Positions 8,234-15,947 of a stretch of DNA of 24,000 bases are shown in pieces. The notes beneath the pieces were generated by a model. The model saw only the letters and a program-made list of their open reading frames with translations. It was not told where the DNA came from and did not search any database. Both the position numbers and the translations under genes were made by a program. The stretch lies in the NCBI RefSeq assembly GCF_044502415.1, contig NZ_CP172402.1, one strand, 5' to 3'. This stretch comes from Haloimpatiens lingqiaonensis. Its GTDB lineage: Bacteria; Bacillota; Clostridia; Clostridiales; Clostridiaceae. The stretch's first letter is position 1, and each line of letters begins with the position of its first letter.

Positions 8234-9622
8234 CTAAACAACTTGAGAGTTTGTTTCTTTTCTAATATATTCTACATCAGGATTACTTTTTTTATATTCT
8301 AAAAATTCCTTTGTAACTTGTGGGAATGATAGATAAGACAATATGTCTTCTTCTCTAGTAGAAAGATCCTTTATTTCTTCTTTAGCCTTGTCAAAAGCAG
8401 GCTCTAAAGTGTCAGCAAATCTTCCTTCTATAGGCTGTTCATCCCCTAAAGCTTTTTTCATAACATCAGAATTTATTTCTCCTGGAGCTTTTCCATATTC
8501 ACCTTTGCAGTAAGCTTTAACTTCCTTTAATATCATTTTATATCTTTCGCCAGTTAACACGTTAACTGTAGCTTGTGTACCAACCATTTGGCTCATAGGA
8601 GTTACAAGTGGTGGATAGCCCAAATCCTTTCTAACTGCTGGAACTTCTGCTAAAACAGCATCTAGCTTATCAAGTGAATTTTGAGCTTTTAATTGAGATA
8701 TCATATTTGAAAGCATACCACCAGGAATTTGGTTAACCAATCCCTCTGGTCTTGGAGTTAAAACCTTAGGATCTAGTGTACCATTTTTTATAAATTCTTC
8801 TCTTACAGGTTTAAAGAAATTATTTATCTTAGTTAATTTATCCTTATTGAGACCGGTTTCAAAGCCAGCAGACTGTAAAGCGTAGTGTAATGACTCTGTA
8901 GGAGGCTGAGCTGTTCCACCTGCTAAGGATGATATAGCGCAGTCTATTCCATCAACTCCAGCTTCACAAGCTTTATAATAAGCCATTTCAGCAATACCAT
9001 TAGTGCAGTGAGAGTGTAGGAATACTGGAATTTTAACAGTTTCTTTAATGCCTTTAACTAAATCATAAGCTATATTAGGCATTATAAGTCCTGCCATATC
9101 CTTTATACAAATAGAGTCAGCACCCATGTTTTCTAATTGCTTAGCTAAATTTGTGTAGTTTTCTATGTCATGAATAGGGCTTACAGTATAAACTATAGTT
9201 CCTTGAGCATGAGCACCTTGTTTTTTAGTTTCATCCATGGCAACTTCTATGTTTCTGTAGTCATTAAGGGCATCAAAGATTCTTATGATGTCCATGCCAT
9301 AGTAAACAGCCATTTTTATAAATTTCCTAACCACATCATCAGGATAATGTTTGTATCCCAATATATTTTGTCCTCTTAAAAGCATTTGAAGAGGAGTTTT
9401 TGTTGCTACGGATTTTATTTTCTTTAGCCTTTCCCAAGGGTCTTCTTTTAAATATCTTAAACAGGAATCAAAAGTTGCTCCACCCCAGCACTCTAATGAA
9501 TAATATCCTGCATCGTCTAAATCTCTTAAGATAGGTGCAAATTGATCAAATGACATTCTTGTAGCTATTAAAGATTGGTTTGCATCCCTTAAGACAGTTT
9601 CTGTTATGTTTATCCTTTTCAA
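8234..9622 (-). CDS. oadA: Carboxyltransferase subunit (oxaloacetate decarboxylase alpha / pyruvate carboxylase subunit B / transcarboxylase 5S family) without a biotinyl domain
   Basis: Family motifs present: KRINITETVLRDANQS, ECWGGATFD, CIKDMAG, HSHCTNG, and a C-terminal PYC_OADA-like region. I place the start at TTG 9622, 6 nt after AGGGGTG. The track ORF starts 6 codons earlier with no RBS. Confidence 0.85.
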   Translation of the reverse strand: MKRINITETVLRDANQSLIATRMSFDQFAPILRDLDDAGYYSLECWGGATFDSCLRYLKEDPWERLKKIKSVATKTPLQMLLRGQNILGYKHYPDDVVRKFIKMAVYYGMDIIRIFDALNDYRNIEVAMDETKKQGAHAQGTIVYTVSPIHDIENYTNLAKQLENMGADSICIKDMAGLIMPNIAYDLVKGIKETVKIPVFLHSHCTNGIAEMAYYKACEAGVDGIDCAISSLAGGTAQPPTESLHYALQSAGFETGLNKDKLTKINNFFKPVREEFIKNGTLDPKVLTPRPEGLVNQIPGGMLSNMISQLKAQNSLDKLDAVLAEVPAVRKDLGYPPLVTPMSQMVGTQATVNVLTGERYKMILKEVKAYCKGEYGKAPGEINSDVMKKALGDEQPIEGRFADTLEPAFDKAKEEIKDLSTREEDILSYLSFPQVTKEFLEYKKSNPDVEYIRKETNSQVV

Positions 9623-9906
9623 TAAAATCACCCCTAACAAAAAAATTAACCTAATTATATTTTAGCATAAAAAAGGCAAAAAATCATTCACTACATGCAA
9701 CAAAAAAGTTATTTTTCAGAAAGGTTTGCAAATTAAAATTCTAATGTGCTACATTTGAAAATAAAGGAATCACAAACGTTTACTTTATTAATGTGCAAAT
9801 TTTTTGTAAAAAAACACAAATTTTAATTGAACATTTATATATAAATGAATATAATTATATGGATAACATAAGGCTTTTAAATATTGAAATAGGAGGAAAG
9901 AAAGTT

Positions 9907-10133
9907 AAAGCGCCAGAATTTAGGGGACACTAGGAAAATTAAAATTTGGAGTAAATAAAGGAAACTCGGACTAAGGTCCGAGTAAGTTCCACTAACCAAA
10001 TTTAAAATTTGGAGTGTCACTTAAGTTGACGAGGACAGGGAGTATCGAGAGTTCGGCGGATGCCCTGCGGTACACACTACCGAGAGCCATTTATAAAACT
10101 AGAAAGTGATTTCTAGCACAAGATAAATGGCAG
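9907..10133 (+). ncRNA. glmS ribozyme: glmS ribozyme (glucosamine-6-phosphate-activated), cleavage site between A9909 and G9910
   Basis: Contains A|GCGCCAGAA and AAGTTGACGAGGACAGGGAGTATCGAGAGTTCGGCGGATGCCCTGCGG, closely matching the conserved glmS ribozyme core as I recall it from Bacillus. P4-type hairpins are present (GCCATTTAT...ATAAATGGC; CTAGAAA-GTGA-TTTCTAG). It lies directly upstream of glmS. Confidence 0.9.
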
Positions 10134-10193
10134 TGTAAAGGCCTTATTCTATTTTTAAAAATACAAATGGAATAAGAAAGGCGGAATTTAATA

Positions 10194-12023
10194 ATGTGCG
10201 GAATAGTAGGATATTTAGGTAAAAAACAGGCAACTACTGTATTAGTTGATGGATTAAGTAAGTTGGAGTACAGAGGATATGATTCAGCAGGAGTTGCAGT
10301 AATAACTGAAGATGGAAGTATAGATGTAACTAAGTGTAAGGGAAGACTTGCAAACTTAGAAGGAAAATTAGAAGTGACTCCAGTACACGGAAATATAGGT
10401 ATAGGACATACAAGATGGGCAACTCACGGAGAGCCATCTGATGTAAATTCACACCCACACTCTAATGCAAATGGAACTATAAGCGTTGTTCACAACGGTA
10501 TAATAGAAAACTATATTCAGTTAAGAGAATGGTTAACTGAGGAAGGATATAGTTTTAAATCAGAAACAGACACAGAAGTTATACCAAACCTTGTAGATTA
10601 CTACTACAATGGAGATTTAGTAGAAGCTGTAATGAATGCTGTTAAAAAATTAGAAGGAAGCTATGCAATAGGTGTAGTTTGTTCTAATGAGCCAGGAAAA
10701 TTAGTGGCAGTTAGAAAAGATAGTCCACTTATAGTAGGTCTTGGAGATGGAGAATACTTCATAGCATCAGATATACCAGCAGTATTAAACTACACAAGAG
10801 ATATTTATCTTTTAGAGGACAAAGAGTTTGTAGTAATGGATGAAAGCGGAGTTACTTTATTAGACTTAGAAGGAAACAAGGTAGAAAAAGAAGTATACCA
10901 CGTAACTTGGGATGCAGATGCTGCTGAAAAAGGTGGATATGAGCATTTCATGGCTAAAGAAATCCATGAGCAACCAAAGGTTATAAAGGACACAATGACT
11001 TCAAGAATTATTAAAAATGAAAAAATAAGACTTGATGATATAACTATAACAAAAGAGCAAATAAAGAACATAGATAAAATATATATAGTAGCTTGCGGAA
11101 CAGCTTATCACGCTGGCTTAATAGGAAAAAATGCTATAGAAAAATTAGCTAGAATACCAGTAGAAGTGGAAGTAGCTTCAGAATTTAGATATAGAGATCC
11201 TATTATAAATGAAAAAACATTAATGATAGTTGTAAGCCAATCAGGTGAAACAGCAGACACTCTTGCAGCTTTAAGAGAAGCTAAGAGACAAAATGCTAGA
11301 GTAATAGCAGTTACAAACGTAGTAGGAAGTTCAATTTCAAGAGAAGCTGACGATGTATTATATACATGGGCAGGACCAGAAATTGCCGTAGCATCTACTA
11401 AAGCTTATGTAACTCAGCTTATAGCAATGTATATAATAGCTTTATTCTTTGCAGAAAACAAAGGAACTTTATCAAATGAAGAAATAGAAGCTATAAAAGA
11501 GGAAATGCTTCTTCTTCCAGAAAAAGCAGAAAAACTTCTACAAAATGAAGAAGATATAAAAGCTTTTGCAGAAGAAAACCACATGCATAAAGACATGTTC
11601 TTCCTTGGAAGAGGTCTTGACTACGCAGTGGCTATGGAAGGTTCTTTAAAGCTTAAGGAAATATCTTATATACATTCAGAAGCATATGCAGCTGGAGAGC
11701 TTAAGCATGGCCCTATAGCTCTTATAGAGGATGGTACAGTAGTTATAGCTTTAGCAACTCAAGAAAGCTTATTTGAAAAAATGGTAAGTAATATAAAAGA
11801 AGTTAAAACAAGAGGCGCCAATGTTCTTGCTTTTGCTATGGAAGGTCACACTGAAATAGAAAAGACTGTGGATACAGCAAAATATATCCCAAGAACTATA
11901 GAGCTTTTAGCACCAGTGCTTTCAGTTATACCACTACAACTTCTTTCATACTACACATCTATAGCTAAGGGCTGCGACGTAGATAAACCAAGAAACTTAG
12001 CTAAGTCTGTAACAGTGGAATAG
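10194..12023 (+). CDS. glmS: Glutamine--fructose-6-phosphate aminotransferase (isomerizing)
   Basis: 609-aa protein starting MCGIVGY (N-terminal nucleophile Cys), with two SIS domains and the C-terminal ...DKPRNLAKSVTVE. Confidence 0.97.
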   Translation: MCGIVGYLGKKQATTVLVDGLSKLEYRGYDSAGVAVITEDGSIDVTKCKGRLANLEGKLEVTPVHGNIGIGHTRWATHGEPSDVNSHPHSNANGTISVVHNGIIENYIQLREWLTEEGYSFKSETDTEVIPNLVDYYYNGDLVEAVMNAVKKLEGSYAIGVVCSNEPGKLVAVRKDSPLIVGLGDGEYFIASDIPAVLNYTRDIYLLEDKEFVVMDESGVTLLDLEGNKVEKEVYHVTWDADAAEKGGYEHFMAKEIHEQPKVIKDTMTSRIIKNEKIRLDDITITKEQIKNIDKIYIVACGTAYHAGLIGKNAIEKLARIPVEVEVASEFRYRDPIINEKTLMIVVSQSGETADTLAALREAKRQNARVIAVTNVVGSSISREADDVLYTWAGPEIAVASTKAYVTQLIAMYIIALFFAENKGTLSNEEIEAIKEEMLLLPEKAEKLLQNEEDIKAFAEENHMHKDMFFLGRGLDYAVAMEGSLKLKEISYIHSEAYAAGELKHGPIALIEDGTVVIALATQESLFEKMVSNIKEVKTRGANVLAFAMEGHTEIEKTVDTAKYIPRTIELLAPVLSVIPLQLLSYYTSIAKGCDVDKPRNLAKSVTVE

Positions 12024-12100
12024 GGAAAAGTTCATAGAAAATAAAGGAATAAATGTGATAATAAAACTTTGAATACAATTTGTGTGAAAAGATTAATGAA

Positions 12101-12147
12101 GCACGAAGGTTTTACAGAGAAAATACTGTAGCCTTTGTGCTTTTTTT
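12101..12147 (+). terminator. Rho-independent terminator of glmS
   Basis: GCACGAAGG (12101-12109) pairs with CCTTTGTGC (12132-12140) including one G-U pair, with inner TACAG/CTGTA pairing, followed by TTTTTTT. Confidence 0.6.
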
Positions 12148-12168
12148 AAAGAATAAAACATAAGTATA

Positions 12169-12196
12169 TTGAAAAAAAAACCATTTATGTTATAAT
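12169..12196 (+). promoter_or_regulatory. Near-consensus sigma-A promoter: TTGAAA, 16-nt spacer, TGtTATAAT (extended -10)
   Basis: Hexamers read at 12169-12174 and 12191-12196, with TG at 12188-12189. Confidence 0.5.
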
Positions 12197-12227
12197 TAAG
12201 CCAAAAGTTATTTTGGGAGGAAGCCGA

Positions 12228-12506
12228 ATGAATGCTCCATTTATGTCTCTAATAATATTATTATTAAGTACAATACTATGCGTATTGGTAAACAAAGGTA
12301 AAAGGCTTAAATTAATTTTCACTATTGATTTTATAACTATATTATCTTTATTAGTTTTATTTATTATGTTTTGGCTTAATCTAAATAATGTTAATGAACC
12401 TAAATTTGTGACATTTTGGTCATGCACCTTGATTGTAGCTTTAATAATAAATATACTAATAAAACTAAAGATATCCATAAACTTCATTAAGCAATTAAAA
12501 GATTAA
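12228..12506 (+). CDS. Small hypothetical membrane protein (92 aa, about 3 TM helices)
   Basis: ATG lies 7 nt after GGGAGG. The protein has hydrophobic segments SLIILLLSTILCVLV, FITILSLLVLFIMFWL and FWSCTLIVALIINILI. It has its own promoter and terminator. I recognise no family. Confidence 0.55.
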   Translation: MNAPFMSLIILLLSTILCVLVNKGKRLKLIFTIDFITILSLLVLFIMFWLNLNNVNEPKFVTFWSCTLIVALIINILIKLKISINFIKQLKD

Positions 12507-12544
12507 ATAATACTGTACAGTTAATTAGGTACTAATAAATATAA

Positions 12545-12597
12545 AAACACATAGATAAAGTACACATCAAACCATACTTTAATCTATGTGTTTTTTA
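12545..12597. terminator. Bidirectional terminator between convergent genes
   Basis: ACACATAGAT (12547-12556) / ATCTATGTGT (12582-12591), flanked by an A-run upstream and a T-run downstream. Confidence 0.6.
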
Positions 12598-12640
12598 CAA
12601 TAATATATTTTTTAACAGAGGTTTGTTTAGAAATTCTAAA

Positions 12641-13105
12641 TTAAAATATACTAAACACACCTACACTAGCAGCGCCCATTATAATGCCTGCTAATAATAC
12701 TCCAGCCATAACAGCTAAAACGCTGGTTTTAAAATCCATATCTAGAAAACTAGCCGCTAAAGTACCTGTCCAAGCGCCAGTTCCAGGAAGTGGTATTCCT
12801 ACAAATAGCAATAGACCGATAAATAAGCCTTTATTACCTGCTGTTTCTTTTAATTTTTTTCCTGCTTTTTCACCCTTTGCTAGGCACCATGTGAAGAAAT
12901 TACCAATAACAGGTTTGTCGGCTCCCCATACAAGCACCTTTCTTGCAAATAGATATATAAAAGGCACTGGTAACATATTGCCAATAATTGCAATGATATA
13001 AGATTGAAGTAAGGGTAACTGATAAAGTTGAGAATATGGTATAGCACCACGTAATTCCACGATTGGAACCATAGACATAAAAAATACTATTGCATACTTA
13101 GTCAT
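12641..13105 (-). CDS. Small multidrug-export-like membrane protein (COG2426 / Sm_multidrug_ex family)
   Basis: Sequence MTKYAIVFFMSMVPIVELRGAIPY...GIPLPGTGAWTGTLAASFL is typical of this family. ATG 13105 lies 9 nt after AGGTGG; the TTG at 13111 is too close to the RBS. Confidence 0.75.
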   Translation of the reverse strand: MTKYAIVFFMSMVPIVELRGAIPYSQLYQLPLLQSYIIAIIGNMLPVPFIYLFARKVLVWGADKPVIGNFFTWCLAKGEKAGKKLKETAGNKGLFIGLLLFVGIPLPGTGAWTGTLAASFLDMDFKTSVLAVMAGVLLAGIIMGAASVGVFSIF

Positions 13106-13192
13106 TATCAAAATCCACCTTTTCTTTAAGTATAATTAGATAATCAATTTTAAAAATAATATATCATAAATAACAAATAATCACAAATCATA

Positions 13193-14710
13193 TTATTGGT
13201 CGCTATTCTCGAATTCAGGAATTTCCACATAATCATAGGCAGATACATTTGGAATGCAGTAGTAGTTTCCATTGAAGTCCCTGTAATTTCCGTCATTGCA
13301 GTCAGTAGAGTTGCTGCTGTAATCCTGGTAATTATTGCTGCTATAATTTTCGTGATTATCAGGGGTGTAATCTTGATGATTATCAGCATTGAAACCTTGA
13401 TGATTGTTAGCGTTGTAGCCTTGATAATTAATATTGCCATAACCTTTGTGATTACCAGTAAAATCTCCAGAAGAGTAATCTTTAAAGTTTTTACCTCTGC
13501 TTTGCTTTTCATTCCATTCCCTTTGGTAATTTTCTACTTGGGCCTTGGATTTAATTCCTAGAGAAAGCCAGTTGTTTAGTATGCAATTAATATAGCTCAT
13601 GCTTCTTGCGTTGTGATTTACAGCCTCTAGTATGGCTATTTCCATGGCTTCCGGCTCTATATCCTTTGACCAATCATAAAGTTTTACATATTCTAAAGGG
13701 GTTATGGGATGAATGTTGCTGCTAAACAGTTTTATAAGGCTTTTAAATGCAGGGTCCAAGGTCTCGAAGGCGCTGCTAGACTCTAAAGGTATAAGAGGAT
13801 CTTGGGCTTCGGCAGTATGTTCAGTAGCATCTGAATAGTTTAAGGATGCATCGGTTGAGGTATCTAGGGTATTTAAAGCAGTGCTTGTATTATTTATGGT
13901 GTTTGAAATGCTTGATTTTGTAGCATCAAATATGCTTGAATCATTACTTACAGTACTATTTTTTATAACATCCTCAGTGTTTAAATCATTCATTGAAGTA
14001 TTATTTTCCATAGTTGCAGTGTTTGAATTATTATTTAAAAATCTACTTGTATTGTTTATAGTGCTTGCGGCATTTTTAGTCTTTGCAATGTTTGAGATAA
14101 TGTTTCTACAATTTATAGTGTTAGAAGTGTCTATAATATTGTTTTCAGTATTTATAGTTTTGGAATTGGTGCTTGAAATGTTGGATTTTGTAGCATCGAG
14201 TATACTTGTAGTATTTATAGTGCTTTTGGAATTTATGGTCTTTGAAGTGTTTGATATATTATTTATAGTCTTTGCAGCGTTGCTTACAGAATTCAGTTTT
14301 ATACCTTGAAATAGCTTGTCTAAAGGGTACTCCTCATCTGCACAAATATTATAGAATTTTTGTAGAAAGTCCTTACTTACCACTTTTTTAAGTTCGCCAT
14401 TTAAGCTTTTTATATTGTTTGGGCTGTTTATAAAGTTTTCCCTTATCCAGTTTGTTATCATAATTTCCTTTGAGCCTTCAGAGTATTCTATGTAACCACA
14501 CTCAGTGAGTCTATTTAAAAGATTGTCCACTTCACCTTCATTAAAGCCAGTTTCAAAGCCCATGGTTTTCTTGGATATTTGATAAATGCCGCATTGATTG
14601 GTATTAGGGTTGGTCATTGTGTAAATATAAAAATACCTTTCCTCAGGGGTTAGGTCTACTACAAAAGCATCTCTCCAAAAGTTTATATAAAACATTCTAA
14701 ATACTGCCAT
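13193..14710 (-). CDS. Phage/plasmid-type replisome organizer: N-terminal winged-helix replication domain, long N/S/T-rich low-complexity linker, DnaD-like C-terminal domain, and an N/Y/Q/H-rich repeat tail
   Basis: The N-terminus FRMFYINFWRDAFVVDLTPEERYFYIYTMTNPNTNQCGIYQISKKTMGFETGF matches the phage replication-protein pattern (FRM..FW.D...PE.KYFY.Y..TNP.T.QCGIY.IS.K.M.FETG). The DnaD-type segment is ITPLEYVKLYDWSKDIEPEAMEIAILEAVNHNARSMSYINCILNNWLSLGIKS. GGAGGG RBS lies 6 nt upstream. Confidence 0.8.
   Translation of the reverse strand: MAVFRMFYINFWRDAFVVDLTPEERYFYIYTMTNPNTNQCGIYQISKKTMGFETGFNEGEVDNLLNRLTECGYIEYSEGSKEIMITNWIRENFINSPNNIKSLNGELKKVVSKDFLQKFYNICADEEYPLDKLFQGIKLNSVSNAAKTINNISNTSKTINSKSTINTTSILDATKSNISSTNSKTINTENNIIDTSNTINCRNIISNIAKTKNAASTINNTSRFLNNNSNTATMENNTSMNDLNTEDVIKNSTVSNDSSIFDATKSSISNTINNTSTALNTLDTSTDASLNYSDATEHTAEAQDPLIPLESSSAFETLDPAFKSLIKLFSSNIHPITPLEYVKLYDWSKDIEPEAMEIAILEAVNHNARSMSYINCILNNWLSLGIKSKAQVENYQREWNEKQSRGKNFKDYSSGDFTGNHKGYGNINYQGYNANNHQGFNADNHQDYTPDNHENYSSNNYQDYSSNSTDCNDGNYRDFNGNYYCIPNVSAYDYVEIPEFENSDQ
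13277..13468. repeat. About eight degenerate 24-bp tandem repeats (8-aa units) encoding the C-terminal tail of the DnaD-like protein
   Basis: Consecutive 24-nt units on the plus strand: TTGATGATTATCAGCATTGAAACC (13373-13396), TTGATGATTGTTAGCGTTGTAGCC (13397-13420), TTGATAATTAATATTGCCATAACC (13421-13444) and TTTGTGATTACCAGTAAAATCTCC (13445-13468), with more degenerate units upstream. The protein reads GYGNINYQ/GYNANNHQ/GFNADNHQ/DYTPDNHE/NYSSNNYQ/DYSSNSTD... Confidence 0.7.
13893..14269. repeat. Seven dispersed copies of TTTAT(A/G)GT inside the DnaD-like gene, plus a roughly 40-bp internal duplication
   Basis: Copies start at 13893, 14055, 14112, 14151, 14214, 14232 and 14262, encoding a recurring T-I-N tripeptide. 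The longer duplication is GGTGTTTGAAATGCTTGATTTTGTAGCATC (about 13898-13927) versus GGTGCTTGAAATGTTGGATTTTGTAGCATC (about 14168-14197). Confidence 0.6.
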
Positions 14711-14929
14711 GATTATCCCTCCAAATTTATCATCCTTTAATCACAAAGAAGCAATTATAGCTTTAGCACCGTCTTTTGCAACATCACTAGTGCTTAAACC
14801 GTTGTTTATGTATAGCAAAAATAAACAGAGCTCTTAGCTTCAGATGGATTTTTCTCCAGCTGAAGGTTAGTCATCGGATAAATTTACTTCTTTAATAACT
14901 AAATATGCATTTGGTTATTTTATTCCACT

Positions 14930-14990
14930 TTTTAATAAGCTTTTAATAAACTTTTTGAGGAATATTTTAATAAACCTTTTGAGAAAAATA
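14930..14990. repeat. About 2.5 tandem copies of a 24-26 bp unit TTTTAATAAAC(T/C)TTTTGAG(G/A)AA..ATA
   Basis: Units at 14941-14964 and 14965-14990, with a partial unit at 14930-14940. TTTAATAA also occurs at 14891. Confidence 0.55.
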
Positions 14991-15151
14991 TTTGGAAAGT
15001 TTTTAGCAACAGCAAAAAAGTATTTATGGAGGGATCTATTATTTTTTATTATGCTGATGATTATTTTTTATTAATTATATTTTTTATTATTTGTATTAAT
15101 CTTATTTTTTCTTTTTATTATCATTATTATTATTATCATTATTATTTTAAT

Positions 15152-15186
15152 GGGATTGAAGGGGCTTGGAAGGGGGTGTAGAGGGG
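15152..15186 (+). other. Canonical G-quadruplex-type motif (four G-runs of 3-5 G with 6-, 7- and 6-nt loops) at the start of a purine-rich block
   Basis: GGG(15152-54)attgaaGGGG(15161-64)cttggaaGGGGG(15172-76)tgtagaGGGG(15183-86). Further G5 (15217-21) and G4 (15272-75) runs follow. The motif comes directly after a roughly 95-bp almost pure A/T tract. Confidence 0.5.
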
Positions 15187-15523
15187 ATGAAATAAGAGTT
15201 AGTAGGCAACTGCAAAGGGGGACGGTTAACAATTACCCTATACAAGGTAAGAAGTAGTAGTGAAGAGGTAAGGGGTACTAAGTAATTATAAAAAACTCTT
15301 AGAGTTTTATCCTTAACTCTTACTTTTTACTTCGTAGCTAGTACATATTATTTAACTGCAAATTTTTTATTTTATAACTGCGAAAGTTGAATTATTTACA
15401 TAAATACAATATAAATTAATGTGGTAAAATAATAGTAACATTATGGTTATTCACGTTTTTATATTAATAAACTTCACAGAAATAATAAATGGTTAGAAGA
15501 GATATAAAGGGAGATGAATTATT

Positions 15524-15940
15524 ATGAAACCAAAAGTAGCTTTTATATGTGTTCACAATTCTTGCAGGTCTCAAATGGCAGAGGCATTAGGAAAGCTATT
15601 TGCGTCTGATGTTTTTCAATCGTATTCTGCAGGTACAGAAACAAAACCACAGATTAATCAAGATGCTGTAAGAATAATAAAAAAACTATACGAAATAGAT
15701 ATGAATGAAACTCAATTTTCAAAACTACTTACGGACATACCACCAGTGGACATTGCTATAAAAATGGGGTGTAATGTTGTGTGTCCATTTTTGCCAGCAA
15801 AGCATACAGAGGATTGGGGATTAGAAGATCCAACAGGTAAGAGTGATGAAGAGTTCATTAAAACAGCAAAAATTATTGAAGAAAAAATTAAGGATTTAGC
15901 AAATAAAATTAAAAATCATGAAATAAATCAGTTGCTATAG
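15524..15940 (+). CDS. arsC: Arsenate reductase, thioredoxin-coupled LMW-PTPase type
   Basis: MKPKVAFICVHNSCRSQMAEA carries the CX5R(S) P-loop. A downstream Cys pair is present (GCNVVCP). The size (138 aa) is typical. Confidence 0.9.
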   Translation: MKPKVAFICVHNSCRSQMAEALGKLFASDVFQSYSAGTETKPQINQDAVRIIKKLYEIDMNETQFSKLLTDIPPVDIAIKMGCNVVCPFLPAKHTEDWGLEDPTGKSDEEFIKTAKIIEEKIKDLANKIKNHEINQLL

Positions 15941-15947
15941 TATTATG

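Noticed and set aside
2710-11596. Antisense ORFs inside well-supported genes (2710-2913, 3754-3966, 6132-6401, 7098-7283, 9170-9379, 10805-11071, 11414-11596)
   Set aside because: Each lies wholly within, and opposite to, a gene with clear family motifs. All have low-complexity S/F/I/L-rich translations and no RBS.
12185-14309. Alternative-strand ORFs at 12185-12487, 12684-13001, 13150-13512, 13196-13561 and 13881-14309
   Set aside because: They are mirror images of the membrane-protein genes or of the repeat-rich DnaD-like gene. The repeats keep several frames open by chance. None has a start context as good as the chosen genes.
14838-14865. Hairpin CTTCAGATGG / CCAGCTGAAG, considered as a terminator for a minus-strand RNA from the ORF-free region
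   Set aside because: The stem pairs at 9 of 10 positions, but the nearest T-run on the minus strand is about 12 nt away and there is none on the plus strand. It is not a convincing intrinsic terminator.
15026-15181. 51-aa ORF (MEGSIIFYYADDYFLLIIFFIICINLIFSFYYHYYYYHYYF...) across the A/T tract
   Set aside because: It has no Shine-Dalgarno sequence, and its composition is simply the translation of a T-rich tract. I treat it as non-coding.
15181-15200. GAUGAAA within GGGGATGAAATAAGAG, considered as a hammerhead-like ribozyme core
   Set aside because: It lacks the CUGAUGA box context and the required flanking helices.
15150-15257. 35-aa G/R-rich ORF (MGLKGLGRGCRGDEIRVSRQLQRGTVNNYPIQGKK) over the G-run block
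   Set aside because: There is no RBS (pure A/T upstream), and it uses AGG/GGG codons heavily, unlike the other genes here. It is most likely a by-product of the G-runs.
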